Source: Octopus sinensis (lineage: Eukaryota). Taken from it: 64,000 nt of DNA. Position numbers and translations under genes: made by a program. The notes below the pieces were generated by a model. The model did not search any database and was not told where the DNA came from. It saw only the letters and a list, made by a program, of their open reading frames with translations. The stretch spans positions 21,886,001 through 21,950,000 of the forward strand of contig NC_043010.1 of assembly GCF_006345805.1 (NCBI RefSeq), in the 5' to 3' direction. Shown here piece after piece: positions 26,066-39,069 of this stretch; within the stretch, counting starts at the first letter, position 1; the number at the start of each line of letters is the position of its first letter.

Positions 26066-26120
<55 letters not shown>

Positions 26121-26143
26121 TATTATTGTTATTATTATTATTA

Positions 26144-26363
26144 TATACCTTTTTACTATAGGCACAAGGCCTGACACTTTGTGGGGAGTGGACCAGTCGA
26201 TTACATCGACCCCAGTGCGTAACTGGTACTCATTTAATCGACCCCGAAAGTATGAAAGGGAAAGTCGACCCCGGTGGCATTTGAACTCAGAACGTGATAA
26301 ACGACGAAATACTGCTACGTATTTTGCCCGACGTGCTAACGATTCTAACGTCTTGCTACCTTA
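26144..26363 (-). mobile_element. SINE family B variant with an alternative tail ending in (TAA)n
   Basis: Head and core as in 16321-16553, but the tail is GGCCTTGTGCCTATAGTAAAAAGG followed by (TAA)n at 26066-26143. Confidence 0.85.
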
Positions 26364-26418
26364 ATAATAATAATAATAATAATAATATAATAATAATAAT
26401 ATAATAATAATAATAATG

Positions 26419-26512
<94 letters not shown>

Positions 26513-27604
26513 TAATAATAATAATAATAATAATAACAACAACAGCAACAACAACAACAACTAAACAACGATGTCGATGATGATTTCTATTATTAAATAT
26601 ATATATATATCAATGTATTCATTATGTCAATAAAGAAATAATTCTAGACACGTCGATTTTCCTGTACATGAAGAAAATAATATACGTCGTTTTACTATAC
26701 AGGCAGGTTTGCTTTGAATCACAGATCTCTTTGCATAAGAGAGAGAGAGGGGGTGACCTCATGCCTTCTTCTTCAACAGTCAGTCATGCTCGGTGAATGA
26801 CATACTCTATGGCGTTGTCTACGTATTTATAAGACGGGGAGATCTGAAGATATTAGCAAATAGTCTGCCAGAACTATTTAAAGAAAGCGACGATTTTGTC
26901 GCCTGATCTTAACCGATTTCTGAAACATACTACAATATTGTTTAATTGAGTCCGCCTCGTACTCCATTAATGTCGGCAGAGATGGGGATTTTTCACTTAT
27001 CTCAGATCAATACAGATACATTTTATGCAGCAGAGATTTTCTAAATAAGATAGTTTCTGTTAACAATTGAAGGCGGGAAAGCGTTCCTCTTGACTTAGCC
27101 ACAGCTTTTGTAATTATCTTTTCACGGTATGTAGGTGATGTTTTGCATTAAGGTTCGTCTCTTTTCTCTAGGCTGTTGATAGATTCAGTCCTGATGCCGT
27201 TTGCTGAAACAACATGGTATCGATTAAGCGTAGGACAGGTTCTACGCGATTTACTGAAGTCGTCAATATAGGACGATGGAGCGGAAGAAAACGACAAATT
27301 GCGGTCTGTATCAAACAATAAACTGCACATGAAGTAATTACAGTAGTAGTAGTAGAAGTAGTAGCATTTGTAGTAGTAGTAGTGGTGGTAGTGGCAGTAG
27401 CTGTAGTAGTAGTAGTAGTAGCAAACAATAGTAGTAGTAGTAGTGGCAGTAGTAGCAGCAGCAGTAGTAATAGTAGTAGTAGTGGCAGTAGCAGCATCAG
27501 TAGCAGTAGTAGTAGTAGTAGTGGTGGTGGGGGTGGTAGTAGTAGTTGGAGCAGAAGTAGCAGCAGTAGTAATAGTTGCAGCTGCAACAGAGGTGCTGGT
27601 AGTC

Positions 27605-27648
<44 letters not shown>

Positions 27649-28017
27649 CATTGTTTTGTTAACCATTTCTCGATTCAGTAATGTGATTTGATTTTCGATA
27701 GGCATAGAACGATATCCGAAAATATATGGAAATGCAAAATGGTTGCTGCTCAAATCAACTTCGTTCCGATGCGCATTTCACCAATTCCGTAGTTTCACTC
27801 CACTGAGCGAAATAACAAATTGAAATAACATGGTGAAACAATGAATTTGCTTAAGAAAATTTATGGTAATCACTAAGACTAAAAAAAAAACAATTAAAAC
27901 AAAATCTATCGTTTACATATCGATGTCATGGAATTATATGGAAGAACTGAGTAGGAACAAATTCGAAAGGGAATTCAACACTGACCAAATATTTAGTCTG
28001 AATATTAAACATAGACA

Positions 28018-28185
28018 CAAGCATGGCTGTGTGGTTACGAAGTGCGCTCCGCAACTACGTGGTTTTGTGTTCTCTACCACCACGCATCAAACTTGGGCAA
28101 GTGTCTTCTACTGTACGTCTGTATTTCAATGACTTCTGAGTGAATCTGGGGGTGGGGGTGGAAACTGCACCAAAACCCGCCGTAC
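28018..28185 (+). mobile_element. SINE family A, 5' half, running into a (TA)n(TG)n tract
   Basis: GCATGGCTGTGTGGTTACGAAG...CTTGGGCAAGTGTCTTCTAC head followed by microsatellite at 28185-28265. Confidence 0.6.
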
Positions 28186-28193
28186 ATATACAT

Positions 28194-28267
<74 letters not shown>

Positions 28268-28518
28268 AAGGGTCTTTACAATATAGATATTATTAATGTT
28301 ATGTACTAAATCTATTTGTGTTTCGCCTGGCCTTGATTTATCCTGTGTCTTTTAATACTAAGTCTTTAAAGTGACCTTTCTTGAACGAAATACCGCAGCG
28401 TATAAACGTTAATCAATCGTTAAACGATACACAATATGTATGTGAGATTGATCATGTTTACATTATAGAGCAGCTTCTGATGCAAAGTTTGAATTTTGCT
28501 TCATTTGTTGCACTCAGC

Positions 28519-28575
<57 letters not shown>

Positions 28576-29367
28576 ATATATATTATATATATATATATGA
28601 TCATATCAAAGGAAGTGGAAATTAATAGAAATTTTCACTTCCAGTGGCCTAGCGTGTAAAAATTTAGTCCAAAGATTATGTATTACTCATGAAATACAGT
28701 GCACATTTAAATACATAAGGAATCCACTCGTGGGATTCATCACGCTAGAAAGAACAGCTAGATTCCATAACCACAGAATTAGGGATATAATCCCGAAAGG
28801 AATGAAATGACAAAATAAAAACATTTTACCATCTAGTTTCCTGGACCAATTGGTTTCTGATTTTAGTTTAGCAAATAAAATAATATTCGCTTGGTGAAAT
28901 CGTTATCAACAGCTACACCTTAGATTGAAAATATAAAACACGAGGCAATCAAATGTATGCCTCTTGTTTATACATCTAAATTTTTACACGCTAGGTCACT
29001 GGGAGTGAAAATTTCTATTAATTTCCATTTCCATTGGATGTGATTAACTATTGTAAGTTTTTGGATAATTTTCGAATTTAAAAAGTTGGCATTTTTTTTA
29101 TTGCGAACGAGGAGCTGCGTGTGCGCAGTAAAATTTGAACAAATTAGGATATATAAACAAGAGGCATATAAACAAGAGGTCATGCGCTGTCTGTATTGAT
29201 GGGAGATCACAATGTCACGCTCTTATGGCTGTGATGCATGTGCCTGGTGTACCCTTATGAGACGAGTGGACATGATGTGTGTACTGGACTTCGCATATTT
29301 AACCCCAGTGTCACTTTGTTGGCATGCACTGCTCTCTCACTTAGTAATAATAATAATAATAATAATA

Positions 29368-29399
<32 letters not shown>

Positions 29400-29414
29400 G
29401 TAATAATAATAAAT

Positions 29415-30745
29415 AAAGGGAGCAAAAAATCCGCTAGTGAGCTTATGCATAATACCCAGCTTCAACAGTGTGATAGAAGTACATCAGCTGTAGTTGCGAA
29501 GAAGGTGAAACCAATAGCAAAACAAAATGCGTTTGAACGATTGGCTGATAGGTGGGAACAAAAACCTCTGCATGGCAAATATGAGGCCCGTAACAAACAA
29601 GCTGATGTAGATCAGACACACACCAATCAGAGGCTATGGGTGTTAAAGGTAGAGAGTGAAGGCTTTATCTTGGGTACTCATGATCAGAGCTTATCGACCC
29701 GGAAATATGAAGCCAAATGGAAACTGGAGTAGGCCCAAAGTGCCGATACTGCAACGATGGGATTGAAGCAGTAGATCACCTAATCTCTAGATGTAAGGTT
29801 TTAGCACCTGTACTGTACAAATGAAGATATGTCAGAGTTGGTCAATATCTATATTGGACAATGTATCGGCATTATAAAATCAAAACTGCTGACAAATGGT
29901 ATAAGCACGACCCTGAGGCTGTAACTGAGGGAGAAAATGAAACAATTCTTTGAAACTTTCCAGTATGTACAGACCGGACCACCAAAGTAAATAAACCAAA
30001 TATTGTTGTGAAAGGCCAAAACAATAAAGTCTGTTTATTGATTGACATGAGCGTGCCCTGTGATCATAATCTCTCGGCAAAAGAATTTGATAAGCTCAGA
30101 AAATATAAATATTTGTTAATCGGAATCCAAAAGATGTGGCATCTTAAGACGGTTACAATACTAGTGATTGTAGGAGCACTTGGAATGATAAAAAAAGGGA
30201 CTGAAAATTATTTAGGAATTAGGATCTTTTCGGTTTAAACGGCAGTTTTTCTAGCGGTGTCATATGAAATTGTCACCCATAATTATAACCCTAGTACCGA
30301 TCTATTGCATTTCAATCTCTTTTAGGGTTAGGGTTAGAGTTAGGTTTAGTTAAAGTTAGGGTTAGGGGTGGGGGAAGCGTATCTTTTTTTCTTCACAAAT
30401 GTAAATAAACCCAATCTGTTTCTTAAACGAGGGACATATTCATACGGCACAGAATGTTTTCATATCGATAGACGTCATTGATTGGTTGAAATTGCAGAAA
30501 TTGAAGAAAAAAAACAACAAATATCTTACAAACTATAGAATTTTCTCAATAAAGCCAAGAGAAAAAGATGTTTTATAAACACATTCTACCAGTATACGAA
30601 GTTTAAAAGTGTTTAGTTACGTGGAAATTATTTTAAAAAGCTGCCGGTCAAACCGAAAAGATCCAGGAATTATCCCTGGTTAACCATCCATACAGGAAGG
30701 GCAAAAGATTGTTCTAACTGGTATGACACGCACTACTGAGACGAG
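29415..30745 (+). mobile_element. R4/Dong 3' fragment interrupted by a MITE
   Basis: WEQKPLHGKY, KVESEGFILGTHDQSL, LIDMSVPCD...KEFDKLRKYK...VIVGALGMIKKGTENYLGI|IPG*PSIQEGQKIVLTG; preceded by (TAA)n at 29343-29412. Confidence 0.9.
30222..30664. mobile_element. MITE, 443 bp, 29-bp TIRs, 8-bp TSD (Merlin- or hAT-type; Merlin favoured)
   Basis: TIR GGATCTTTTCGGTTTAAACGGCAGTTTTT (3 mismatches to the other end); AGGAATTA at 30214-30221 and 30665-30672; removing it restores the LINE frame. GG-initial TIRs with an 8-bp TSD fit Merlin. Confidence 0.9.
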
Positions 30746-31075
30746 CGGGCATTTTCGCTGGGAATTTTCTTTCCATTTTTCCCTTTACTTCTATTTTTCC
30801 TTTTCCTCTCTGTCTTTCTTCCCTTTTTTCTCTGTCATATGACTTTCTAAAGGAACATTCTGGTGTGTTTACTTTAATGGCCTACCAATCTATACAGTGC
30901 GTTTCTCTGCCCTATGTGTCAGGAAAACATTCGGCAAGAAATGGAAACAGAAATTTAAGAAGATGCTAATCAAAATAATAATAATAGTAATATTAATAAT
31001 AATAATAACAACAACAACAACCACAATAATAATAATAATGATAATATTAATAACAACAACAACAACAACAACAAC

Positions 31076-31160
<85 letters not shown>

Positions 31161-33932
31161 TATGAGGAAATGAGGTTAATGACTCAACTAATTGGGGACC
31201 ATTTCCGTGACTTCGTTTACTAAATCCACAAGAAACAAACCCCATTTCATGTCCTGCAAGGAAGAACAGTGTATCATTTACGTCAGAAAAGAAAGTATAC
31301 CACCTACCATGTATTTTTGTGTAGGAAATCAGAAACATTTGCAACGAAGGAAGTTTTCACTCAGAACGGAGACCCAACCTGAATGTCCTCAAGAGACTGG
31401 ACTCTATCAAATACATTCAACAGTTAAGTTCAACTGGCAAAATGTCAAACAGTACCACCACAATAACAATTATTTCCCCAACACACATCCAATCAGTTTT
31501 CCTTCTACAAATGTTAAAGTCACGAGACTCCGGTCAACCCAAACTCCAGGTAAACACGCTGTGCAAAGGGATTGAACTATAAAACTACTTTCTTGTAAAA
31601 CCATATTTGCTAACAAAATTCCAATGCTTGCTCCGAACATTTACCCTTTCAGTTTGTAGTACGAATGTCTAATTTTTATCTCAAATTATGAGAATCATTA
31701 TATGAATTAACGATTGTCAGTATCGTGGAAATAAAGACCCGCAGTTTACAGGAAATAAAGGCTACATCTCCTATAATTCACACCAAATTGATTTCAAATA
31801 TGCGAGAGCATATAGGATAAAAAATGTATGTAAAGATGAGATGGGACTTTCATATCGGGAATGCCTGGAAAAAGTTTACACATTTTACATGAAATAGCTA
31901 CGAAATCTTAGAAAGATCGCACTAAACTCTCTTGAAACAGAAAACTTAAATTAAGGAAAGAAAACGAATGCATTTGATAAAGTTTTCCCCAGATACACAA
32001 TGTTTGGAATATAGGTCGGGATGGTTACGGGCGGAATGGTGGTAGTCAATGGTTTACGTAGAAAATAGCCTATAGTTTGCAGAAAATGGCAGCCAAATCT
32101 CCGAAGAATCACAGCAAAGCCCCTTCGAATGAAAAGATCACATTTGATAAAGCTATCCTAGATATATAATCTTGGAAATATTAAATGGAACGGTTATGGT
32201 CGGAAGGTCGTTAATTAGATATCTGTTCCATAACAGATGAGCAAGTGTTCTACAAGACCAAGAACAAATCATGAAGCGAGGCAAATGTCTGAAACAAAGT
32301 GCAGGTGAGTTTGTGACCACCTCTTACAGTAAGATAGTTTTGCTAGACAGTTCACAAAACAACAAAGTGTCATGAAGAAGTACGAAGATTTCATCAGGTA
32401 GCTGTCATTAATTTAAAAGGGAAGGTCATTTTTTAAATTAGTAACAAGAAAGTAAGCATTAAATATCATACTGAAGTTAGATGAAAGTAAATATCAACGA
32501 AACATAGAGTTACGTGAATAGTTTTGCTGAAAATATCAGAGTTGGTTATCTAATATTGGTCAACTCAGAATGTGTAAACACATGATAACAATGTTGGTTA
32601 ATACATCAACTTGGCACCATAAAAGAATGTGGAGAATACAAGGCTGCGATTATATCGATTCGATGGACAGCTATGATTAATGCATCATTTTTATTGGATA
32701 GCCATATTAACAGTGACCAATTTCTTGCTGAAAAACAGGCAATCCGTTTTCAGGTGAGAGCATGAACACAATAAACTCTAACAAAGTAACCCGAGTGAGC
32801 AAACACGATAATGTGATAGGAATCAAATGAAGTAAATTAAATTGTTTAGCGACATATTAGGTCGTTGCGTCACAAACGAATAGGTTCTCTTCGTTGAGGG
32901 CATGTCAATCTGCTCCATGAATTTCTTTCACAAAGTAATATTAATAAAGTAACACTTCAAATTTGAATAGACATTGCATCGACTTTTGTATGGGTCGTAA
33001 ATGGAGGCTATTTATTTTAAAGTATTATAAATGTACTTATTTTCTGAAACTAGCACGCATGGAAAGGAAAAGCCAAATGACATTTTATTTAAACCCAGAA
33101 GATCCGCGGAACAAAGTGGTCACAGAACTAGACAAATAGTTCCTAATATTAAAAATCTAGTGAATAACATATGGTAACAGTGAATTAACTGTGATTTCTC
33201 TCTCAAATCGGTGTTTATTATAACGAATGCCGAAAATGCTAGCAATTGTTTTTTTCTTTATGTGAGAGACAGAAAATAAAAGTGGTGAATATTTGTATAT
33301 TGGATATTAGAGTGTTAATGTTTAATATTTATATATGCAATGTCAACTGTCCTGTTAACGCTTAGCGGTTGATCAGTTATATTGCGAACTTAACAATAAG
33401 ACATTTAAAAACAACAGAATTAAATACAATACCCTCGTTCAATAAGCAGCGAAGCTGTTTTAATTGGAAATTGATGTTAACACAACGTTTATGATAATGT
33501 ATAAATGTGTGTGTGCGTATGCATATATATAATGTATATGTGTTTGTATGTATTTGTATATGTGTGTGTTTCGAGCCTACGTTTTTCTACAGAACAAGAA
33601 GAGGAGGAAAAAACGGAGCGAGGACACAAAAGGCAGAGAAAAAAATGCGTGCCTGGATTAGCTGTTGCAAAAATGTTGAATGTATATACATTTACACATG
33701 CATTTATAAGTATGTCTGTGTGTATATTATATATAATTTTATATTACATTACATGTTATATCATATAATTTATATATGAATATTTTATTGTATCTCGAAC
33801 CTACAAGAGTAAACAAGAGAGACAGAGACAGGCAGAAACAAAAAAAATGACCCTTGTATTTGAATGGTATACAAATATTCTTTAAAAAATACATTTCTTT
33901 TAATTTTTCCAAAGTTTAATTGTTTTCCATAC

Positions 33933-33973
33933 TTACAGTTGAAAAAGTCTCAATGACTGAAACCGGTACTGAA
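33933..33973 (+). ncRNA. Minimal type I hammerhead ribozyme candidate, U3-A8 core
   Basis: CAG-UUGAAAA-AGUC(UCAAU)GACU-GAA-ACCGGU-A-CUG: perfect 4-bp stem II, palindromic stem III, GUA site, stem I extendable past one bulge. Confidence 0.65.
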
Positions 33974-34049
33974 ATATTTTTTATAAAATTATTTTAGCAT
34001 TTTCTACCTTGACTTTTTTCCATATCTACCTATCTATCTATCTCTATAT

Positions 34050-34082
<33 letters not shown>

Positions 34083-34111
34083 AAGAAAGAGGTATATATA
34101 TATACATATAG

Positions 34112-34169
<58 letters not shown>

Positions 34170-35783
34170 TAAGATAGATAGATGAATCAACATGGTGTCT
34201 GTTACACAATATTCGCATGAAATCATGACTGTTGTACTGAAATATTGGTAAACAGCTGTTTGAATTTTTCGTGAATTTGGGTATATAGGAAATAGGAGTG
34301 AGTTCGCTCCTCGAATATTGAGGATCTATCCACAATATCCTTCAAAAATCACTCGTTCTTTCATTAACCTTGACTATATATATATATGTATACTCACTGT
34401 CCTTTCGAATTTTATCCAAGGTGAGATATTTAGATCTAGTACGGCAGAGAATAGATGTAGGAAAAAAAGAAAAAAAAAGAGAAAAATGATTATAACTAAC
34501 CGTTCCTGCTGAGAGTTTCCTGTGCGCCTTTTGTTCGAGTAGAAATGGATTTCCATTTCTTATGTATTTCTCTCAACCCTCCGGCTACTGGCTTCCTTTT
34601 TCCCTCTGTGTGTCAACATTGGTATATTTACTGGCGAGAATAGACCCAGAAAAACATACACACAGATATGAAGTGGTGCATGAATTTCTGTAAATATGAT
34701 GATATATGCGTGTGTGTGTGAATATACATTGAAACTCACCCCTCCCCCTCCACACACGCACGCACGTCTTCATGCGTGCCTATATATTCGTATATATATG
34801 CAAATATCAAATATCTATCGAAGTTATTCAACTCTATTTCTGGACATAGAGAAAAATGTTGGATTAGTTACACACACACACACACACACAGAGACATACA
34901 CACACACATACACACACACACACAAACATACACATACACACACATATATATACAGAGAAAGAGAGAGAGGGAGAGATAAATGGATAGATAGGTAGATAGA
35001 TTGATGAAAGAGAGAGAGAGGGAAGTGAGAGAGAAAGAGTGAGAGAGAGTAAGTTTCAAATGTTACCTATACATTATTAATATATGTATATATATTTATA
35101 TTGCACTACAACTTCATATATTTGTGTCTTTATGTGTGTGTATATGTAGAAGCAACTGCTTTCGAAATTAAAAATTTTCTCGTATAATTCTTATTAGCTT
35201 TCATGGTAAGATGCGAAAAATTTCGAGTCTACAGTATAACGTGGCTGAGACAAAAGGTTGCTTCCTTCAATACATACATACATACATACGTACATACATA
35301 CATACATACATACATACATACATACATACATACATACATACATACATACATACATACATACATAGAAATGGCAAGGAAGTAGAAAATGCAAGCTTGTATT
35401 TGAAAGGAAACTTCGGTACATCGTCGACCGAATGTACCTAGATTAAAGTATAAATGCGAAAGCCGATTGTGCATGCATGAAACGGAAGCTTTTGTGATGG
35501 ACGAGAAGCCGGAGAAAGCAAGACTATATTAAAGATGGTTCCTGTGAGAGGAAGTATCCTATTGATGGCTGTTCACCTAGAGCAGAACTTATCGGATAAC
35601 TGACAAGACCAAGCCAGTCTTAGCTTAGATGCTGCGAACAGGGTAGATGTGTAATCGTATGTCGAAGTTATTAGATCTGCAGAAACAGTACGAAGAGTAG
35701 AATAAAGATAAAAATACAATATATTGAAAGTACAATATGGAAAACAGATAACAACTACAACAACACCAATGATGATAATAATA

Positions 35784-35851
<68 letters not shown>

Positions 35852-36502
35852 GAATTTAAAGTGATATATAAAAGTTATGTATATACAATGAGTGAAAAAA
35901 AAATGAAAATACTATGAGAATAAAAATAAAGAGAAGGATGAGAATTGTGTCCTCGGGTATGGAAGCACATATGGAAAAGATACTCATGTGCACACTATAG
36001 TAGAGATTTTTGCAGTATGAGATCAAAGAAATCAATAGTTACTATGTGCACGTATGAAAATATATACTATAGATAAAATATCATCGATCTATACAAACAT
36101 TTCTATTTACATTGCTCAACAGTTTGTAAGCCTTACAATATCATGTTAAAAAGAGAAAACGCGAAAAACGAAAAAAGATGGCTGCGGATTGACCGGTTAT
36201 GTCGAGTATTTTTTTTTTTTATGTTTTACATACGAGTTTTGTTTTTATGTTTTGCATAAGAATTTCAAATATAGATTAATCTGAAGGTCTTAATGCACCA
36301 ACGATTTACTGGAAGTTGATATTACAGAGATGAAGAATGGAAAAAAATGGATTATTAAATATAAATTTTAGACCCTGATATTTCTCAATCACTGTTTTCA
36401 ATGAGTTCGTGCTGTATAACATATATACAATTGAATGTTATTTACACTCATGCGCCCTCATATATATATATATATATATATAATATATATATATTATATA
36501 TA

Positions 36503-36540
<38 letters not shown>

Positions 36541-36564
36541 TAATATATAAGATGGTATATATAC

Positions 36565-36643
<79 letters not shown>

Positions 36644-36672
36644 GTATATATATATATATATATAATATATAT

Positions 36673-36707
<35 letters not shown>

Positions 36708-36968
36708 CTGCTGGCACTCCGTCGTTTACGACGATGATGTTTCCAGTTGATCCGATCATCGTAACAGCTTGGCCGTGAGATTAACGTGCAAGTAGCTGAG
36801 AACCCCACAAAAACACGTGCACCATAACATACTTCTGAGGGAGATTCAGTGTGACTAGAGCAGTGTGAAATAAAGTGCCTTGCTCAAGGACAGAGTGCAC
36901 CACTGGGAATCGAAATTGTGACCATACGATCGCGAGCCGAATACCCTAACCACTAAGCCACTAGCTTT
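36708..36968 (-). mobile_element. tRNA-derived SINE, family C-like
   Basis: Minus-strand head AGTGGCTTAGTGGTTAGGG...TTTCGATTCCCAG followed by GTCCTTGAGCAAGGCACTTTA. Confidence 0.75.
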
Positions 36969-37257
36969 CATATATATATATTCAAAGAGAATTAGGCGTT
37001 GTGAATCCAACCAACTAAGGGATAGTATCTATCCAATATGGTGCTAGTATTATAGCCAATTATCAATACACAAGTGTTGGTTATTGCGTGGAAATTACAT
37101 TATTGAGCGTAATTTTATCTACCGATCACTACAGTACACTGAAAAGATGGAAATAGAATAACATGTGGGGAACTGTGACCTCTTGGCAAAACTGTAAGAA
37201 ACTGTTCTTCTTTTTCTAGTCTAGAAATTGCTGGTACTTATTTATGTAAAATAAATC

Positions 37258-37334
<77 letters not shown>

Positions 37335-37869
37335 TGAGAGAGAGAGAGATATTCTCATAATTGTTTAAAAAATCTAGACATAACATGTCTAACACTGCTG
37401 TATACTACTTCTGGAACCCCTCCATTTTCTTCTTACCGTATATGTATGTGTATATATATATATATTATATATATATATATATATACACAGGAATTGAGAC
37501 CCACCTCGTTGTAATTAACAATGGATAAATTTTCTTCTGTGAGTATATAATCCCTCATCATATCTATGGAAATTCATATGGATTAGGTCACCTTCTCTGT
37601 GATGCTATCAAAACTTTTTTAAATTTCTGTGATAAGACTGTACATCATCTTTAAAGAACTTTAATGAACTTTAGAAATCTGTTTAATTATCTACATTACT
37701 TCATGAGTATAGCCTCAAACACTAGGATGTCTAGAGAACTTACATGTATTTTAGCTGATGAGTACGGGACTCGTTTATATGCTGTAATCTTTGCAACTTT
37801 TAATAAAACCTGTCCTTGTATGAACGATCGTACTAAAAACCTATCCATTCTTGTTGCTTCTTTCTCGCG

Positions 37870-37907
<38 letters not shown>

Positions 37908-37949
37908 ATATAGAAAATAGTAAAAAGTGAAAAAAAAAACAGAAGGCTT

Positions 37950-38262
37950 GTTTTAAAAGGTTAAAAAATATATTTGAGCCATTATGTCAGAAGAATGTTA
38001 TAAATTTTTTTCATACAGTGACATAGTTTTTGAAGAAATTACCGGTTTCGTGTTAACTTTTCAAATTTCACAAAACATTGTGTTATGATTTCGTTAGGAA
38101 GTGTAAAGTAGAGTTCCAGGTAAGGGGAGGTAATAAGTTATTTCTTCCGGTGTAAGGGAGATAATCGCTTTATATTTCTTGCCCTTTTTTAACTTAATGG
38201 GGTGAGTTTCTCTGTATAAGAATGTTGTTAGAGTGGTTAAGTTTGGGCTTGTATCTTAACAC
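37950..38262 (-). mobile_element. Penelope-like element 3' end (GIY-YIG C-terminus-like plus UTR with hammerhead)
   Basis: Minus strand VLRYKPKLNHSNNILIQRNSPH* resembles the PLE C-terminal KPxLN motif; hammerhead about 130 nt further downstream. Confidence 0.55.
38035..38069 (-). ncRNA. 35-nt minimal type I hammerhead ribozyme candidate, U3-A8 core
   Basis: GAAAU-UUGAAAA-GU(UAAC)AC-GAA-ACCGGU-A-AUUUC: perfect 5-bp stem I, G10.1-C11.1 pair, palindromic stem III. Confidence 0.7.
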
Positions 38263-38264
38263 TA

Positions 38265-38762
38265 CACAATGGAAGGAACTGATAGAACTTCAAAATGATG
38301 AAGATATAACCATTAAGGAAGCAGACAAGGGAAGTGCAGTTGTAATAATGGATATATCATACTATAGAAATCTTGTAATTTCCTTGCTTGATGACAATCA
38401 ACATTATGAAAAAATCACCAACTACACCCCACAAAAAATAATGAAAACTCTATCTTCACTAATTAAAAAACCATGAAACGGAACTAACAACCAAAGAGAT
38501 TACTTCTAACAAACTTTAAATGCAAGCCTAGCCTCTTCTATGGTCTGCAAAAAATTCTTAAAAGCCAAATTATAAATGAAACCATTAAAAAATCACCAAA
38601 GACATACATACACACACCTAACCCGGGGGACCTAAAACTACGCCCATTGTAGCTGGCCCAACCTGTAAAACACACAGATTAAGTCTATTTATGGACATCC
38701 TCCTGAAACCCTTCCTTAAACATATCGATAGCCATATCAGAGATGACTTGGATATGCTTAAA
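38265..38762 (+). mobile_element. Penelope-like element RT N-terminal fragment, frameshifted
   Basis: ITIKEADKGSAVVIMDISYY, then LFYGLQKILK and LRPIVAGPTCKTHRLSLFMDILLKPF, which are characteristic PLE RT motifs. Confidence 0.9.
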
Positions 38763-39050
38763 TAGGAACTGACAAGTTCCTACTTTGGGTAAAAGAAAAT
38801 AGAGGTAGGGCAGTAAATTTTAGTCGATTTTATTGAACATATTCCTCCTCTCAGGTTAACACGCTTATTGCAGCGGTCTTTCAGGTTTTTCTGAACTCTC
38901 GGAAGGTTGGGCTCTTTAAAGGAAGGTGCCCTGTATGCCAGGAAATTTGCAGCCGCTCATTTTAAAATGTCAAGCAGTTGGTGATCGTCAGAGTAAGATG
39001 GGTGTAAAGAAACTGTAGCTGTCGCTTCTGTTGTAAGGCATTCCTGCTAA
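38763..39050 (-). mobile_element. Tc1/mariner-type remnant (TIR end)
   Basis: CTGACAAGTTCCTACTTTGGGTAAAAGAAAATAG...CTTATTGCAGCGGTC is homologous to the left half of the 60955-61170 element. Confidence 0.6.
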
Positions 39051-39069
39051 CCAAACTTTAATATGACTT

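Noticed and set aside
27148-27340. Unique-looking ORF tail MCSLLFDTDRNLSF...NGIRTESINSLEKRDEP
   Set aside because: The upstream part is microsatellite, no supported exon structure was found, and NGIRTESINS loosely resembles the LINE RT motif GVRQGxxLSP, so it is more likely a decayed LINE.
30320-30370. Interstitial telomere or fusion scar
   Set aside because: The repeats lie inside a TIR/TSD-bounded MITE, so they are element cargo.
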